Of a stretch of 32,000 bases of DNA, positions 1 through 8,107 are shown one piece after another. The position numbers were made by a program, and so were the translations under genes. Positions within the stretch are counted from its first letter, which is position 1; each line of letters begins with the position of its first letter. Where the stretch lies: contig NZ_LN831024.1 of NCBI RefSeq assembly GCF_001457615.1, forward strand, positions 5,430,001-5,462,000, given 5' to 3'. Under the pieces are notes generated by a model, which was not told the origin of the DNA, ran no database searches, and was given only the letters and a program-made list of their open reading frames with translations. The DNA comes from Pseudomonas aeruginosa (GTDB lineage: Bacteria; Pseudomonadota; Gammaproteobacteria; Pseudomonadales; Pseudomonadaceae).

Positions 1-279
1 TATGACTTCGTCACCGACGCCTTTGTCCTGCTGACCAAGATGGCCATCAAGGGCTGGTTCGAGATGCAATTGTTCGTCGCGGAAATCGGCTACAAGGCGT
101 TCCGCGAAGTCGTCGGCGGCATCGGTATCGGCTCGACCATCACGTCCTATTACTCGTCCCTGGACGGCGACCTGCGCTCGCTGCTGGCGTTCTTCGGCCT
201 GCCGGACGCGGTGAACATGATCTTCGCCGCCATCGGCACGCGCTTCTCCATGTCCTTCATCCCTTTCATAGGTAAGTGA
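1..279 (+). CDS. Filamentous phage pVI-like minor coat/assembly protein (DUF2523-like), 5' truncated by window edge
   Basis: Open frame runs from base 1 ([23 protein letters not shown]...) to the stop at 279, immediately upstream of zot; small hydrophobic protein in the position expected in Pf-like phages. Confidence 0.65.
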   Translation, partial: YDFVTDAFVLLTKMAIKGWFEMQLFVAEIGYKAFREVVGGIGIGSTITSYYSSLDGDLRSLLAFFGLPDAVNMIFAAIGTRFSMSFIPFIGK

Positions 280-280
280 C

Positions 281-1543
281 ATGGCGATCAAGATTCATCA
301 CGGCCCGAACGGCTCCTACAAGACCTCCGGCGCGATCCAAGATGACCTGATCCCCGCGATCAAGAAAGGCCGCGTCATCATCACCAACGTGCGCGGCCTG
401 ACCCGCGAACGGATCTTCCAGGTGATGCCGGAGACGCCCTCCAGTTGCGACGTCATCAACCTCGACCTCGAGGACCTGGATGACATGGAAAAGATGCGCA
501 CCTGGTTCATGTGGGCGCCGCGTGGCGCGTTCATCATCTTCGACGAAACCCAACTGATCTTTCTGAAGTCCTGGCGCGAAGCCGACCTCAAGCGCTTCGA
601 CTTCCCGGACGGCCCGGAAGCGGCCAAGGCAGCCGGGCGGCCCATGGGCTGGCTGGATGCCTGGACCCGGCACCGGCATTTCAACTGGGACATCATCCTC
701 ACCACGCCGAACATCGCCTATATCCGTGACGACATCCGCATGACGGCGGAAAAGGCCTATCTGCACTCCAACCTCGCCGTCATCGGCATTCGGGGCCGCT
801 ACAAGGAAAGCCAGCACTCGGCACAGGACAACAAACCGCCGGCCCGCGACGTGATCGTCGAGATCAAGAAAATCCGCCAGGAGACCTTCGCCCTCTATGA
901 ATCGACAGCCACCGGCTCCGTCACCGACACCATCGCCGGCAAGAGCCTTTTTAGACAACCTAAGATTCTTCTATTCATGGCAATTCCGGCCCTTGCTATT
1001 GGGTCTGTGGTTTATGACGGCGGACCTCGTCTGCTCATGGGCGACCCTGTATCGCCGCCTGCTGCTGGAACTGCTGCGCCTGCTCAAGCCGGTCCTGCTG
1101 TGGGTGCTGCGCGTGCTACTGGTGCGGCTGGTCCTGATGCTGCTGATGATGTACCTGGGCACCCAGGCGTTCCGGGCGCTGCTCCTGTAGGCCATCCCTT
1201 CGCCGGCCGCGACTTCATCGTCAAGGCAACCCTGCTGTCCGCCTCCGGGCGCCGCACCTATCTGTTCGCCGTCCGGGGCCAGGACGGCAGCGAATTCACT
1301 CTCACCGATCGCGACCTGACCGACACCGGCTATGCCGTGGTGCCGCGGGGCAACTGCGCCGCGGAACTGAGCTTCAAGGGCGGTTGGTCCGGCTATGCCG
1401 CCTGCGCCGGGCGTAGCGCCTTGGGCAATGCGCCGCCGGCTCAGGCCGCCGCGCCGAACGTGCCGCCCGCCGCCGCGAACAGCGCCGCCGTGCGGGTGAC
1501 GGTGGTTCCTGACACCAGCCGCTTGCCGCGCTCGATCAACTGA
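281..1543 (+). CDS. zot: Zonular occludens toxin-like / pI-type phage assembly ATPase
   Basis: N-terminal [19 protein letters not shown] (Walker A-like), AFIIFDETQ (Walker B-like), [19 protein letters not shown] segment after residue ~225; strongly resembles Pf1-family Zot. Confidence 0.93.
   Translation: MAIKIHHGPNGSYKTSGAIQDDLIPAIKKGRVIITNVRGLTRERIFQVMPETPSSCDVINLDLEDLDDMEKMRTWFMWAPRGAFIIFDETQLIFLKSWREADLKRFDFPDGPEAAKAAGRPMGWLDAWTRHRHFNWDIILTTPNIAYIRDDIRMTAEKAYLHSNLAVIGIRGRYKESQHSAQDNKPPARDVIVEIKKIRQETFALYESTATGSVTDTIAGKSLFRQPKILLFMAIPALAIGSVVYDGGPRLLMGDPVSPPAAGTAAPAQAGPAVGAARATGAAGPDAADDVPGHPGVPGAAPVGHPFAGRDFIVKATLLSASGRRTYLFAVRGQDGSEFTLTDRDLTDTGYAVVPRGNCAAELSFKGGWSGYAACAGRSALGNAPPAQAAAPNVPPAAANSAAVRVTVVPDTSRLPRSIN
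897..1190 (+). CDS. Candidate overlapping (+1 relative frame) Leu-rich membrane ORF nested within zot, 97 aa
   Basis: Frame of ...[63 protein letters not shown]...; codons are almost all G/C-ending (CTG/CTC/GTG/CGC) from ~1020 to 1187, while the zot frame is dominated by T-ending codons there. Confidence 0.4.
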   Translation: MNRQPPAPSPTPSPARAFLDNLRFFYSWQFRPLLLGLWFMTADLVCSWATLYRRLLLELLRLLKPVLLWVLRVLLVRLVLMLLMMYLGTQAFRALLL

Positions 1544-1553
1544 GGGGGAGCCG

Positions 1554-1664
1554 ATGAACTGGACAAGCTATTTCGCCGCCCTGGGGCTGGCGTTCCTGGC
1601 CTATCTGGCGGGCTTTTTCTTCGCGGTGGCGGTGACGCCGACGGGGCCGGTATGGCCGCTGTAG
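1554..1664 (+). CDS. Small hydrophobic membrane protein, 36 aa (MNWTSYFAALGLAFLAYLAGFFFAVAVTPTGPVWPL)
   Basis: ATG preceded by GGGGGAG Shine-Dalgarno-like sequence at close spacing; single predicted TM; starts 10 nt after zot stop; absent from the ORF track because of length. Confidence 0.55.
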   Translation: MNWTSYFAALGLAFLAYLAGFFFAVAVTPTGPVWPL

Positions 1665-1800
1665 CCGGCCTGGCCGGGGCGCGCGCGAACGGCTCGTCTC
1701 GGAGTGAGCAAGCGCCACGGCGGGGCCGGCCGACGCCCCTGTAACACGTCAGATAAACGCCCTGTGTTTTGGACATTAATGGACATTGTTGGGTAAGCCC
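1665..1800 (+). promoter_or_regulatory. Non-coding region upstream of rep with dyads and a tandem TGGACATT repeat; possible rep operator or replication-control region
   Basis: CCGGCC-T-GGCCGG (1665-1677), GGGGC-N8-GCCCC (1722-1739), AACAC-N16-GTGTT (1743-1768), TGGACATT at 1770-1777 and 1780-1787 (10-bp period). Confidence 0.4.
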
Positions 1801-3099
1801 ATGAAGAAAGTGAAACCGATTCATCAAAACCGCCTCCTGTTGCAACCCGACGGGCAGTTGCTGGATTCCCCCAAGGGACGGCTCTTCGTTGATTCCATAA
1901 CGGGGGCGTTCACCGACCTGTCAGGCGTGCGCATCCTGCGGTGCGGCGTGGACACGGTGCGACAGTTGTACAACGGCAAGTTGCGCCCGGAAGTGATGGC
2001 GCTGTTTGACCTCTCGGTGGATGTGGTCGAGTTCGCCGGCTACGAGTGGTCCAAGGGGCGGATCGGTCGCGACTCCGGGTATCAGTACCGCCTGCAGAAC
2101 GCTGAAATGGGTCTGATCCTGCTGATCAAGAACCACAACATCAAGGTCGATACCCTCGGCTCGCACCTCAAGATCGAGGTATCGCCTCACGCCCTCGATG
2201 GCGCCGATCCGCGCATCCTCCAGGGCGTGCTGGATGACTTGGCCGCTGCCGTGCTGAGTCACTGCGAAACCAACCAAGCCGCTGTGCATATCGCCCTGGA
2301 CGTACAGGGCTGGAAACCGCCTCGCGATCTGGTGGATCGCATGCATTGCCGCTCGCGTCGGGTACGCCAGATCAGCGGGATCGAGCGGATCGAATTCGAC
2401 GGCAACGCCTCGGTCTACGGACGTGGCGAGACGTACATGTTCGGCTCGGCTAACGGCCTGCAACTGTCGATCTATAACAAGACCCTCCAGGCTCGGGCCA
2501 CCGACAAGCTCGACTATTGGGAAAGTGTGTGGGCGACCCTGAACGGCGATCCGTTCGGCGATGGCGACCCAGCCTATAACCCCCTGGAGACGGTCTGGCG
2601 CATCGAATTCCGCTTCCATCACTCGGTGGTGCAACAGTTCTCCGAAGGCTCGCGGATGGCCTCCGGGGAGGTTATGGGCTGTCGCACCTATGAGGGGCTT
2701 TGCCCGCATCTGCAAGGGCTGTGGGGCTACGCCTGTGAAAGCTTCAAGCTGCTGAGCCGGACGGCGGTCTACGATCCGTTCTGGAGCCTGATCAGCCAGG
2801 ACGCCCGTGTACAGGTCGAGTGCGATCCGCTGATCGAGCGCGCTGAGTACCGGCGCTATTACAAGACCGCCAAGGGCTTTAGCGGGCGCAACTGCGAGAT
2901 GTTCCTCGGCCAGTTCGTGAGCCTGATTGCGCGGGAGCGGATTCCCGCAAAAAAAGCGATTGAGTCCGCCCGCAAATTGGAGTTCTGGCACGTTATCGAA
3001 GACCACTATCTCGCCAAGGGTTGGACTCGTCGCGATCTGGAAAGGCACATACACAAGCTGATGTGTGATCGGTATCTACGGCGGGGATACGCGATCTGA
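1801..3099 (+). CDS. Filamentous phage replication initiation protein (Rep_trans/RstA-like, probable rolling-circle initiator)
   Basis: Position between zot and integrase as in Pf-like phages; motifs HIALDVQG and QLSIYNKTLQARATDKLDYWESVW resemble phage replication initiation factor family. The track start at 1786 is a TTG; ATG at 1801 (MKKVKPIHQN) preferred. Confidence 0.75.
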   Translation: MKKVKPIHQNRLLLQPDGQLLDSPKGRLFVDSITGAFTDLSGVRILRCGVDTVRQLYNGKLRPEVMALFDLSVDVVEFAGYEWSKGRIGRDSGYQYRLQNAEMGLILLIKNHNIKVDTLGSHLKIEVSPHALDGADPRILQGVLDDLAAAVLSHCETNQAAVHIALDVQGWKPPRDLVDRMHCRSRRVRQISGIERIEFDGNASVYGRGETYMFGSANGLQLSIYNKTLQARATDKLDYWESVWATLNGDPFGDGDPAYNPLETVWRIEFRFHHSVVQQFSEGSRMASGEVMGCRTYEGLCPHLQGLWGYACESFKLLSRTAVYDPFWSLISQDARVQVECDPLIERAEYRRYYKTAKGFSGRNCEMFLGQFVSLIARERIPAKKAIESARKLEFWHVIEDHYLAKGWTRRDLERHIHKLMCDRYLRRGYAI

Positions 3100-4139
3100 T
3101 GGCGATCACCAAGCTTGAGGATGGCCGCTGGCTGGCCGACGTTGAACCGATCAAGGGCAAGCGTTTTAGGAAGCGTTTCAAGACCAAGGGCGAAGCCCAG
3201 CGGTTCGAAGCCACCGTGCGGCAAAGGACCATTGAAAACCCGGCCTGGACACCAAGGCCGAAGGATCGTCGACGCCTGTCTGAGTTGGTGACCCGTTGGA
3301 CGTTACTCCACGGCCACGCCCTGACGGACGCTGACCGTCGTTCCCTGGTGCTGCGCAAGATGGCGGAACGCATGGGCGACCCCATAGGCTCGGTGGTAAC
3401 CGGGAACATCTTCACCGAGTATCGGGCCAGACGCCTTGCGTCAGGCATCAGCGGCAAGACCTTGAACAACGAACTGGGCTACCTGCGGTCGCTGTTCAAC
3501 GAACTGCACCAGTTGGGTGAAATCGACTATCCAGACCCGCTGGCCAAGGTGAAGGCGATCAAGCTGCAAGATCGTGAGTTGACCTACCTGACCCGCCAGC
3601 AGATAGAAACGCTGTTCCGTGCCCTCCGGGAACATTGCAAGACGCCTCATGTGGAACCCGTCGCCCTGGTCTGTCTGGCTACCGGTTGCCGCTGGGGTGA
3701 AGCTCAAGGGCTGACCCTGGATCGGGTCCGGGATGGAGCGGTGCAGTTCGTTAACACGAAGTCAAAGCGTCGCCGCTCGGTCCCGATACCTCCAGAACTG
3801 GAACAACGCCTGCACTCGCACCTGCGCCGCTACGGCAAGTTCTCCAACTGCCGCGACAGCTTCGACTTCGCCGTGAAGATGTCCGGCGTCGCCCTCCCCC
3901 GTGGGCAGAAATCGCACGTGCTCCGCCACACGTTCGCCTCGCACTTCATGATGAACGGCGGCAATATCCTGACCCTGCAAAAGATTCTCGGGCACTCGTC
4001 GCTGACCATGACCATGCGATATGCACACCTCGCCCCGGACTTCCTGCAAGACGTGATCAGACTCGGCCCGCTGAAAGACTTTCGACACTTCTTCGACACG
4101 ACGGATTTTTCGACACCGGCGGAAACGCTGGAAGCCTAG
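3099..4139 (+). CDS. Phage tyrosine recombinase/integrase
   Basis: LATGCRWGEAQGL (Arg I), HVLRHTFASHFMMNGGNILTLQKILGHSSLTMTMRYAHL (HxLRH ... GHSS ... Tyr); start overlaps the rep stop (TGATG); adjacent to tRNA. Confidence 0.95.
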   Translation: MAITKLEDGRWLADVEPIKGKRFRKRFKTKGEAQRFEATVRQRTIENPAWTPRPKDRRRLSELVTRWTLLHGHALTDADRRSLVLRKMAERMGDPIGSVVTGNIFTEYRARRLASGISGKTLNNELGYLRSLFNELHQLGEIDYPDPLAKVKAIKLQDRELTYLTRQQIETLFRALREHCKTPHVEPVALVCLATGCRWGEAQGLTLDRVRDGAVQFVNTKSKRRRSVPIPPELEQRLHSHLRRYGKFSNCRDSFDFAVKMSGVALPRGQKSHVLRHTFASHFMMNGGNILTLQKILGHSSLTMTMRYAHLAPDFLQDVIRLGPLKDFRHFFDTTDFSTPAETLEA

Positions 4140-4166
4140 AGCAGCAAGGGCTGTGGAAGGGGGATA

Positions 4167-4262
4167 TGGCGGAAGGCAGTGGGAGTCGAACCCACCCAGG
4201 AACGGCTGCCGTCCCCCACCGGATTTGAAGTCCGGCCACGCCACCGGGCGTGATTGCCTTCC
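4167..4262 (-). tRNA. selC: tRNA-Sec (TCA anticodon), CCA end encoded
   Basis: Minus strand GGAAGGCAATCACGCCCGGTGGCGTGGCCGGACTTCAAATCCGGTGGGGGACGGCAGCCGTTCCTGGGTGGGTTCGACTCCCACTGCCTTCCGCCA: 8-bp acceptor stem (GGAAGGCA/TGCCTTCC), long variable arm, CTTCAAA anticodon loop, GGTTCGACTCC T arm. Confidence 0.97.
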
Positions 4263-4393
4263 TCTTTGATTTGCAAGAGGTTTTCCTCGAGACGGGAGCT
4301 TATCAGGCCGGGGTCCGAAGAAGAAATGCCGGATGTCATGGAAAGTCGTTCGCATGGCCGGGCGAGCAGAGCGTAGCCCAGCCTCGGAGCACT

Positions 4394-5014
4394 TCACAGG
4401 CGTTTCAGGCAATGGCAGTAGACGAAGTGCTGGACCCGGCCGGCGGGAGTGACGTGGTGTTCGTCGCGGTGCTCGGTGAGCTGGAAGGCGGAGCCGAACT
4501 CGGCGTGCAGTTCGTCGGCGTCGTAGCGCATGACTGGCAGGCCGCTGCATTCGGTCGGGCCGTCGGCGGCGAAGGTGGCGACGATCACGTGGCCGCCGTG
4601 GCGGACCGCCTTCATCACCTGGCGCACGTAGGCGCGGCGGGCTTCGGCAGTGGTAAGGAAGTGGAACACGGCGCGGTCGTGCCAGACATCGTAGGTGGCT
4701 TCCGGCAGGTCGACGCCGGTAATGTCGCCGGCGATCCAGCGCACCTCTTCTTCGCCGCGCGCGCCGAGGCGGTTGCGGGCGACACGCAGGGCGGCGTCGG
4801 AAAGGTCGAGCACCGTCAGGTCGCCGAAGCCTTCGGCGAGCAGGCCGTCGACCAGGGTCGAGGCGCCGCCGCCGACATCGATGATCGCCGCCTCGCGGGG
4901 CGCGCCGATGCGTCGGATCAGGTCGAGGGACAGCGTGGCCTCGGCCTGGAACCAGCTCACCGCGTCGGACGGCTTGCTCTCGTATACCCGTTGCCAGTGC
5001 TCTCGTTCGGACAT
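4394..5014 (-). CDS. Class I SAM-dependent methyltransferase
   Basis: MSEREHWQRVYESKPSDAVSWFQ ... AAIIDVGGGASTLVDGLL (SAM motif I) ... YDVWHDRAVFHFL. Start chosen at MSEREHW rather than the track's upstream extension. Confidence 0.85.
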   Translation of the reverse strand: MSEREHWQRVYESKPSDAVSWFQAEATLSLDLIRRIGAPREAAIIDVGGGASTLVDGLLAEGFGDLTVLDLSDAALRVARNRLGARGEEEVRWIAGDITGVDLPEATYDVWHDRAVFHFLTTAEARRAYVRQVMKAVRHGGHVIVATFAADGPTECSGLPVMRYDADELHAEFGSAFQLTEHRDEHHVTPAGRVQHFVYCHCLKRL

Positions 5015-5057
5015 GACGACCTTCTCCGTGTTGCGCTGCGACCCATTACCCACCAAG

Positions 5058-5080
5058 GGCGTTAACGGCACATTAACGCC
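5058..5080. promoter_or_regulatory. Perfect 8-bp dyad GGCGTTAA-N7-TTAACGCC
   Basis: Between permease stop (5109) and methyltransferase start (5014); no T-run next to it, so an operator is as plausible as a terminator. Confidence 0.4.
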
Positions 5081-5108
5081 ATAGGCGGTGTTGCGACAGG
5101 GCCGCTCC

Positions 5109-6506
5109 TCAACCGTAGGCACCGCGCAGCGACATCACGCCGCGCCTTCGCGCCGCCTGGCGGATCAGCAGTTCGCCCACGGCCAGGGCCAGCGCCACGC
5201 CGCCGACGATCTTGCCGGCGTAGGCCCAGTCCATCGGCGCGCCGGGGGTGACGACGAACAGGCAGATGCCGGCCAGCACATGCAGCGCGACGAACAGCGC
5301 CCAGAGACTGGCCAGGCGGTCGCCCAGCGGCATCCGGTAGGGCCGTGGACGCGGGTCGGCGCGGCGCAGGCGGACGAAGGCCAGGCACATCAGCACATAG
5401 GGCATCATGAAAACCATGGCGAAGATCGACAGCAGGGTCCAGAACAGTTCCTCGGCAGTGTGCGCCACCAGGCCGTAGAGCAGCAGCAGGACGATGCTCA
5501 CCGCCGAGGCCAGCACCGCCGAGCCGATCGGCGTGCCGTGGCGCGAATGGACCACGCCGAACAGCGCCGGCAGCTCGCCGGCCTTGGCCGCTTCCACCGC
5601 GGCACGGTTGGTGCCCATGCTCCAGGTGACCATGTTGGTGAAGAGGGTGAACAGGACGAAGGCGCCGACCAGGTCGGCGAGCATCCCGCCGGCGCCGTCG
5701 TGGCCGTAGATGTTGTAGAGGGTATGGGCGAAGATCCGGGTGACGTCGGTTTCCTCGGCCGGTACCGCGGCCAGCACGCCGAGGGTGCCGAAGATGTTGA
5801 AGGCGCCGACGATCAGCCCGGAGATCAGCACCGCGCGCGGGATGTCGCGGCGCGCGTTGCGCATCTCCGCGGCGCTGCAACAGGCCAGCTCGGTCCCCAT
5901 GATGCCATAGACCATCACTCCCAGCGCGGCCATCTGGCCCGGCGAGGACGGGACGATGGAGTCCAGGCTGAAGTCGTTGGCGAAGCCATGGTTCCAGCCG
6001 AAGTGCAGGCCGCCGACGCCCAGGGCGAGCACCGCGAGCAGCTTGAGCAGCGCGCCGAGGTTCGGCAGCCACTTGCCCAGGCGCAGCGCGACCACGTTGA
6101 ACGCCGCGGTGAGCAGCGCCAGGGCTATGCCGATGGCGATCTTGCCCCAGAGGCTCAGCTCGGGGAAATAGAAGGCGCCGAGCATGCTGCCGAACAGGGT
6201 GTAGACCGAAGGCATCCACAGTGCGTTGTTGACCCAGTACATCCATGACACCCGGGCCCCCCAGCGGAAGCCGAAGGCGCTGCGCACCCAGTGGTAGACG
6301 CCGCCGTTGGCGGGGAAGGCGGTGCCCAGCTCGGAGGTCATCATGGCCATCGGCAGGAACAGCAGGACCAGCACGTAGAGCCACCAGAACAGGCTCGACG
6401 GACCGAGGGAGGAAGCCAGGGCGATCTGGTCCATGAAGAGCATCGCCGAGACCGTGTAGAGCACCACATCGCGCAACCGCAGGACCTTGTTCTTGTTGTC
6501 GTCCAT
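5109..6506 (-). CDS. APC-family amino acid permease
   Basis: 465-aa polytopic protein; RDVVLYTVSAMLFMDQIALASSLGPSSLFWW ... SELGTAFPANGGVYHWV typical of APC transporters. Confidence 0.9.
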   Translation of the reverse strand: MDDNKNKVLRLRDVVLYTVSAMLFMDQIALASSLGPSSLFWWLYVLVLLFLPMAMMTSELGTAFPANGGVYHWVRSAFGFRWGARVSWMYWVNNALWMPSVYTLFGSMLGAFYFPELSLWGKIAIGIALALLTAAFNVVALRLGKWLPNLGALLKLLAVLALGVGGLHFGWNHGFANDFSLDSIVPSSPGQMAALGVMVYGIMGTELACCSAAEMRNARRDIPRAVLISGLIVGAFNIFGTLGVLAAVPAEETDVTRIFAHTLYNIYGHDGAGGMLADLVGAFVLFTLFTNMVTWSMGTNRAAVEAAKAGELPALFGVVHSRHGTPIGSAVLASAVSIVLLLLYGLVAHTAEELFWTLLSIFAMVFMMPYVLMCLAFVRLRRADPRPRPYRMPLGDRLASLWALFVALHVLAGICLFVVTPGAPMDWAYAGKIVGGVALALAVGELLIRQAARRRGVMSLRGAYG

Positions 6507-6530
6507 TGGGGTTCTCCTGAATGTTCGGGT

Positions 6531-6549
6531 GGGGCGCCGGCGGCGCCCC
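6531..6549 (-). terminator. Strong hairpin GGGGCGCC-GGC-GGCGCCCC after the aminotransferase stop
   Basis: 8-bp perfect stem beginning a few bases after the aminotransferase stop (6555); no clear U-tract, so possibly an attenuator or mRNA 3'-end stabiliser. Confidence 0.4.
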
Positions 6550-6554
6550 GGCGC

Positions 6555-7961
6555 TTACCGGTGACCGGCGCGGACAAGATCCTCCACGGTTTCCTCGATG
6601 CTCTCGCGCAGCACCCGGACCACGGTATCGACCTGTTCGCGGGTGAGGATCAGCGGCGGCGACATCACGTTCAGGTGGACGATCGGACGAACCAGCAGGC
6701 CGCGCTTCTGCGCCCGCAGGTGGACCCACTCGCCGATGTTCAGGCTTTCCGGAAACAGCGCCTTGCTCGCCTTGTCGGCGACGAACTCGACACAGGCCAT
6801 GAAGCGCATCCCGCGCACGTCGCCGACGATGGGCAGGTCGCGGAGGCTTTGCAGGCGCTCCTCGAAGTAGCGGCCGACCTCGTCGGCGTGGGCGAGCAAG
6901 CCCTCGCGCTCGATGATCTCGATGTTCTTCAGCGCCGCCGCGCAGGCCACCGGGTGGCCGGAGTAGGTGAAACCATGGCTGAAGCAGCGGCCCTTGTCCG
7001 GCTCGGCGATCACCTCCCAGATGCGCCGGGAGAAGATGCACGCGCCCAGCGGCTGGTAGCCGGAGGTGAGGCCCTTGGCGGTGAGGATGATGTCCGGCTG
7101 TACGCCGAACACCGCCTGGCTGGCGAAGAAGTGGCCGAGGCGGCCGAAGGAGGTCACCACTTCGTCGGAGATGTACAGCACGTCGTAGCGCTGGCACAGC
7201 TCCCACATCCGCCGGTGGTAGCCCGCGGGCGGGACGATCACGCCGCCGGAGCCGAACACCGGCTCGGAGATGAACGCCCCCACCCGGTCGGCGCCCAGTT
7301 CGAGGATCTTGCGTTCGAACTCCGCCACCAGGCCATCGAGGAACTCGGCCTCGCCCACTCCTTCCGGAGCGCGGTAGTAGTAGGGACAGGCAAGGTGGTG
7401 GATGCGCTCGTCGAGGAAGTCGAACTCGGCCGGCCGGTCGGCGCTCTTGCCGCCCAGCGACATGCCGAGGAAGGTCGAGCCGTGGTAGGCGTTGATCCGC
7501 GTGATGACGTGCTTCTTGGCGCGCTTGCCGCGGCAGTTCTGGTAGTAGTGCATGAGGCGGATCGCGGTGTCCACGGCGGTGGAACCGCCGGTGGTGAGGA
7601 ACACGTGGTCGAGGTCGCCGGGGGCCAGCTCGGCGAGCTTGCGGCAGAGTTCGATGGCGCGCGGGTTGGCCATGTCGCAGAAGGGATTGGAATAGGCCAG
7701 CAGGCGGGTCTGCTCGGCCACGGTGCGAGCCATTTCCTCGCGCCCCAGGCCGATGTTGGTGCACCACATGCCGCCCACCGCATCGAGGTAGCGGTTGCCG
7801 GCGGTGTCGTAGATATAGGCGCCGTCGCCGGCGGCGATGTTCAGCGAGCCGTTGACGCGGTGGTCGTCGAACACGTGGTAGCCGTGCATGTAGTGGGCCT
7901 GGTCGGCACGGACCAGGTCGGCGTCGCCGAGGGGGGACGTGGCGTGCATTCTTGCGTTCAT
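6555..7961 (-). CDS. Class III (omega) aminotransferase, PLP-dependent
   Basis: LTTGGSTAVDTAIRLMHYY, INAYHGSTFLG, ISDEVVTSFGRLGHFF, ILTAKGLTSGYQPLGA (PLP lysine). Start at MNARMHATSP. Confidence 0.93.
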   Translation of the reverse strand: MNARMHATSPLGDADLVRADQAHYMHGYHVFDDHRVNGSLNIAAGDGAYIYDTAGNRYLDAVGGMWCTNIGLGREEMARTVAEQTRLLAYSNPFCDMANPRAIELCRKLAELAPGDLDHVFLTTGGSTAVDTAIRLMHYYQNCRGKRAKKHVITRINAYHGSTFLGMSLGGKSADRPAEFDFLDERIHHLACPYYYRAPEGVGEAEFLDGLVAEFERKILELGADRVGAFISEPVFGSGGVIVPPAGYHRRMWELCQRYDVLYISDEVVTSFGRLGHFFASQAVFGVQPDIILTAKGLTSGYQPLGACIFSRRIWEVIAEPDKGRCFSHGFTYSGHPVACAAALKNIEIIEREGLLAHADEVGRYFEERLQSLRDLPIVGDVRGMRFMACVEFVADKASKALFPESLNIGEWVHLRAQKRGLLVRPIVHLNVMSPPLILTREQVDTVVRVLRESIEETVEDLVRAGHR

Positions 7962-8022
7962 CGGGCTGTCGCTCTTCTCGGATGGATGCTCCGAGGGTGC
8001 AAGAGCACCGCGCGGCGGGCCA

Positions 8023-8039
8023 TACCCCATTTTGGGGTA
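8023..8039. promoter_or_regulatory. Perfect dyad TACCCCA-TTT-TGGGGTA, candidate operator in divergent intergenic region
   Basis: Located between the aminotransferase start (7961) and the LuxR-type regulator start (8108). Confidence 0.5.
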
Positions 8040-8107
8040 AGCGCTGGGTGCGGCCGACGCGGCTTGCTATCCTGCGGCGACAACGACAAGAACGAGCCGT
8101 ACCGTCC

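Larger units (their letters stand above)
1..4166 (+). mobile_element. Right (integrase-proximal) end of a Pf1/Pf4-like filamentous prophage integrated at the 3' end of tRNA-Sec; left end outside the window
   Basis: Gene order pVI-like, zot, rep, int adjoining the 3' end of a tRNA gene. Exact att boundary not determinable without the left end. Confidence 0.88.
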
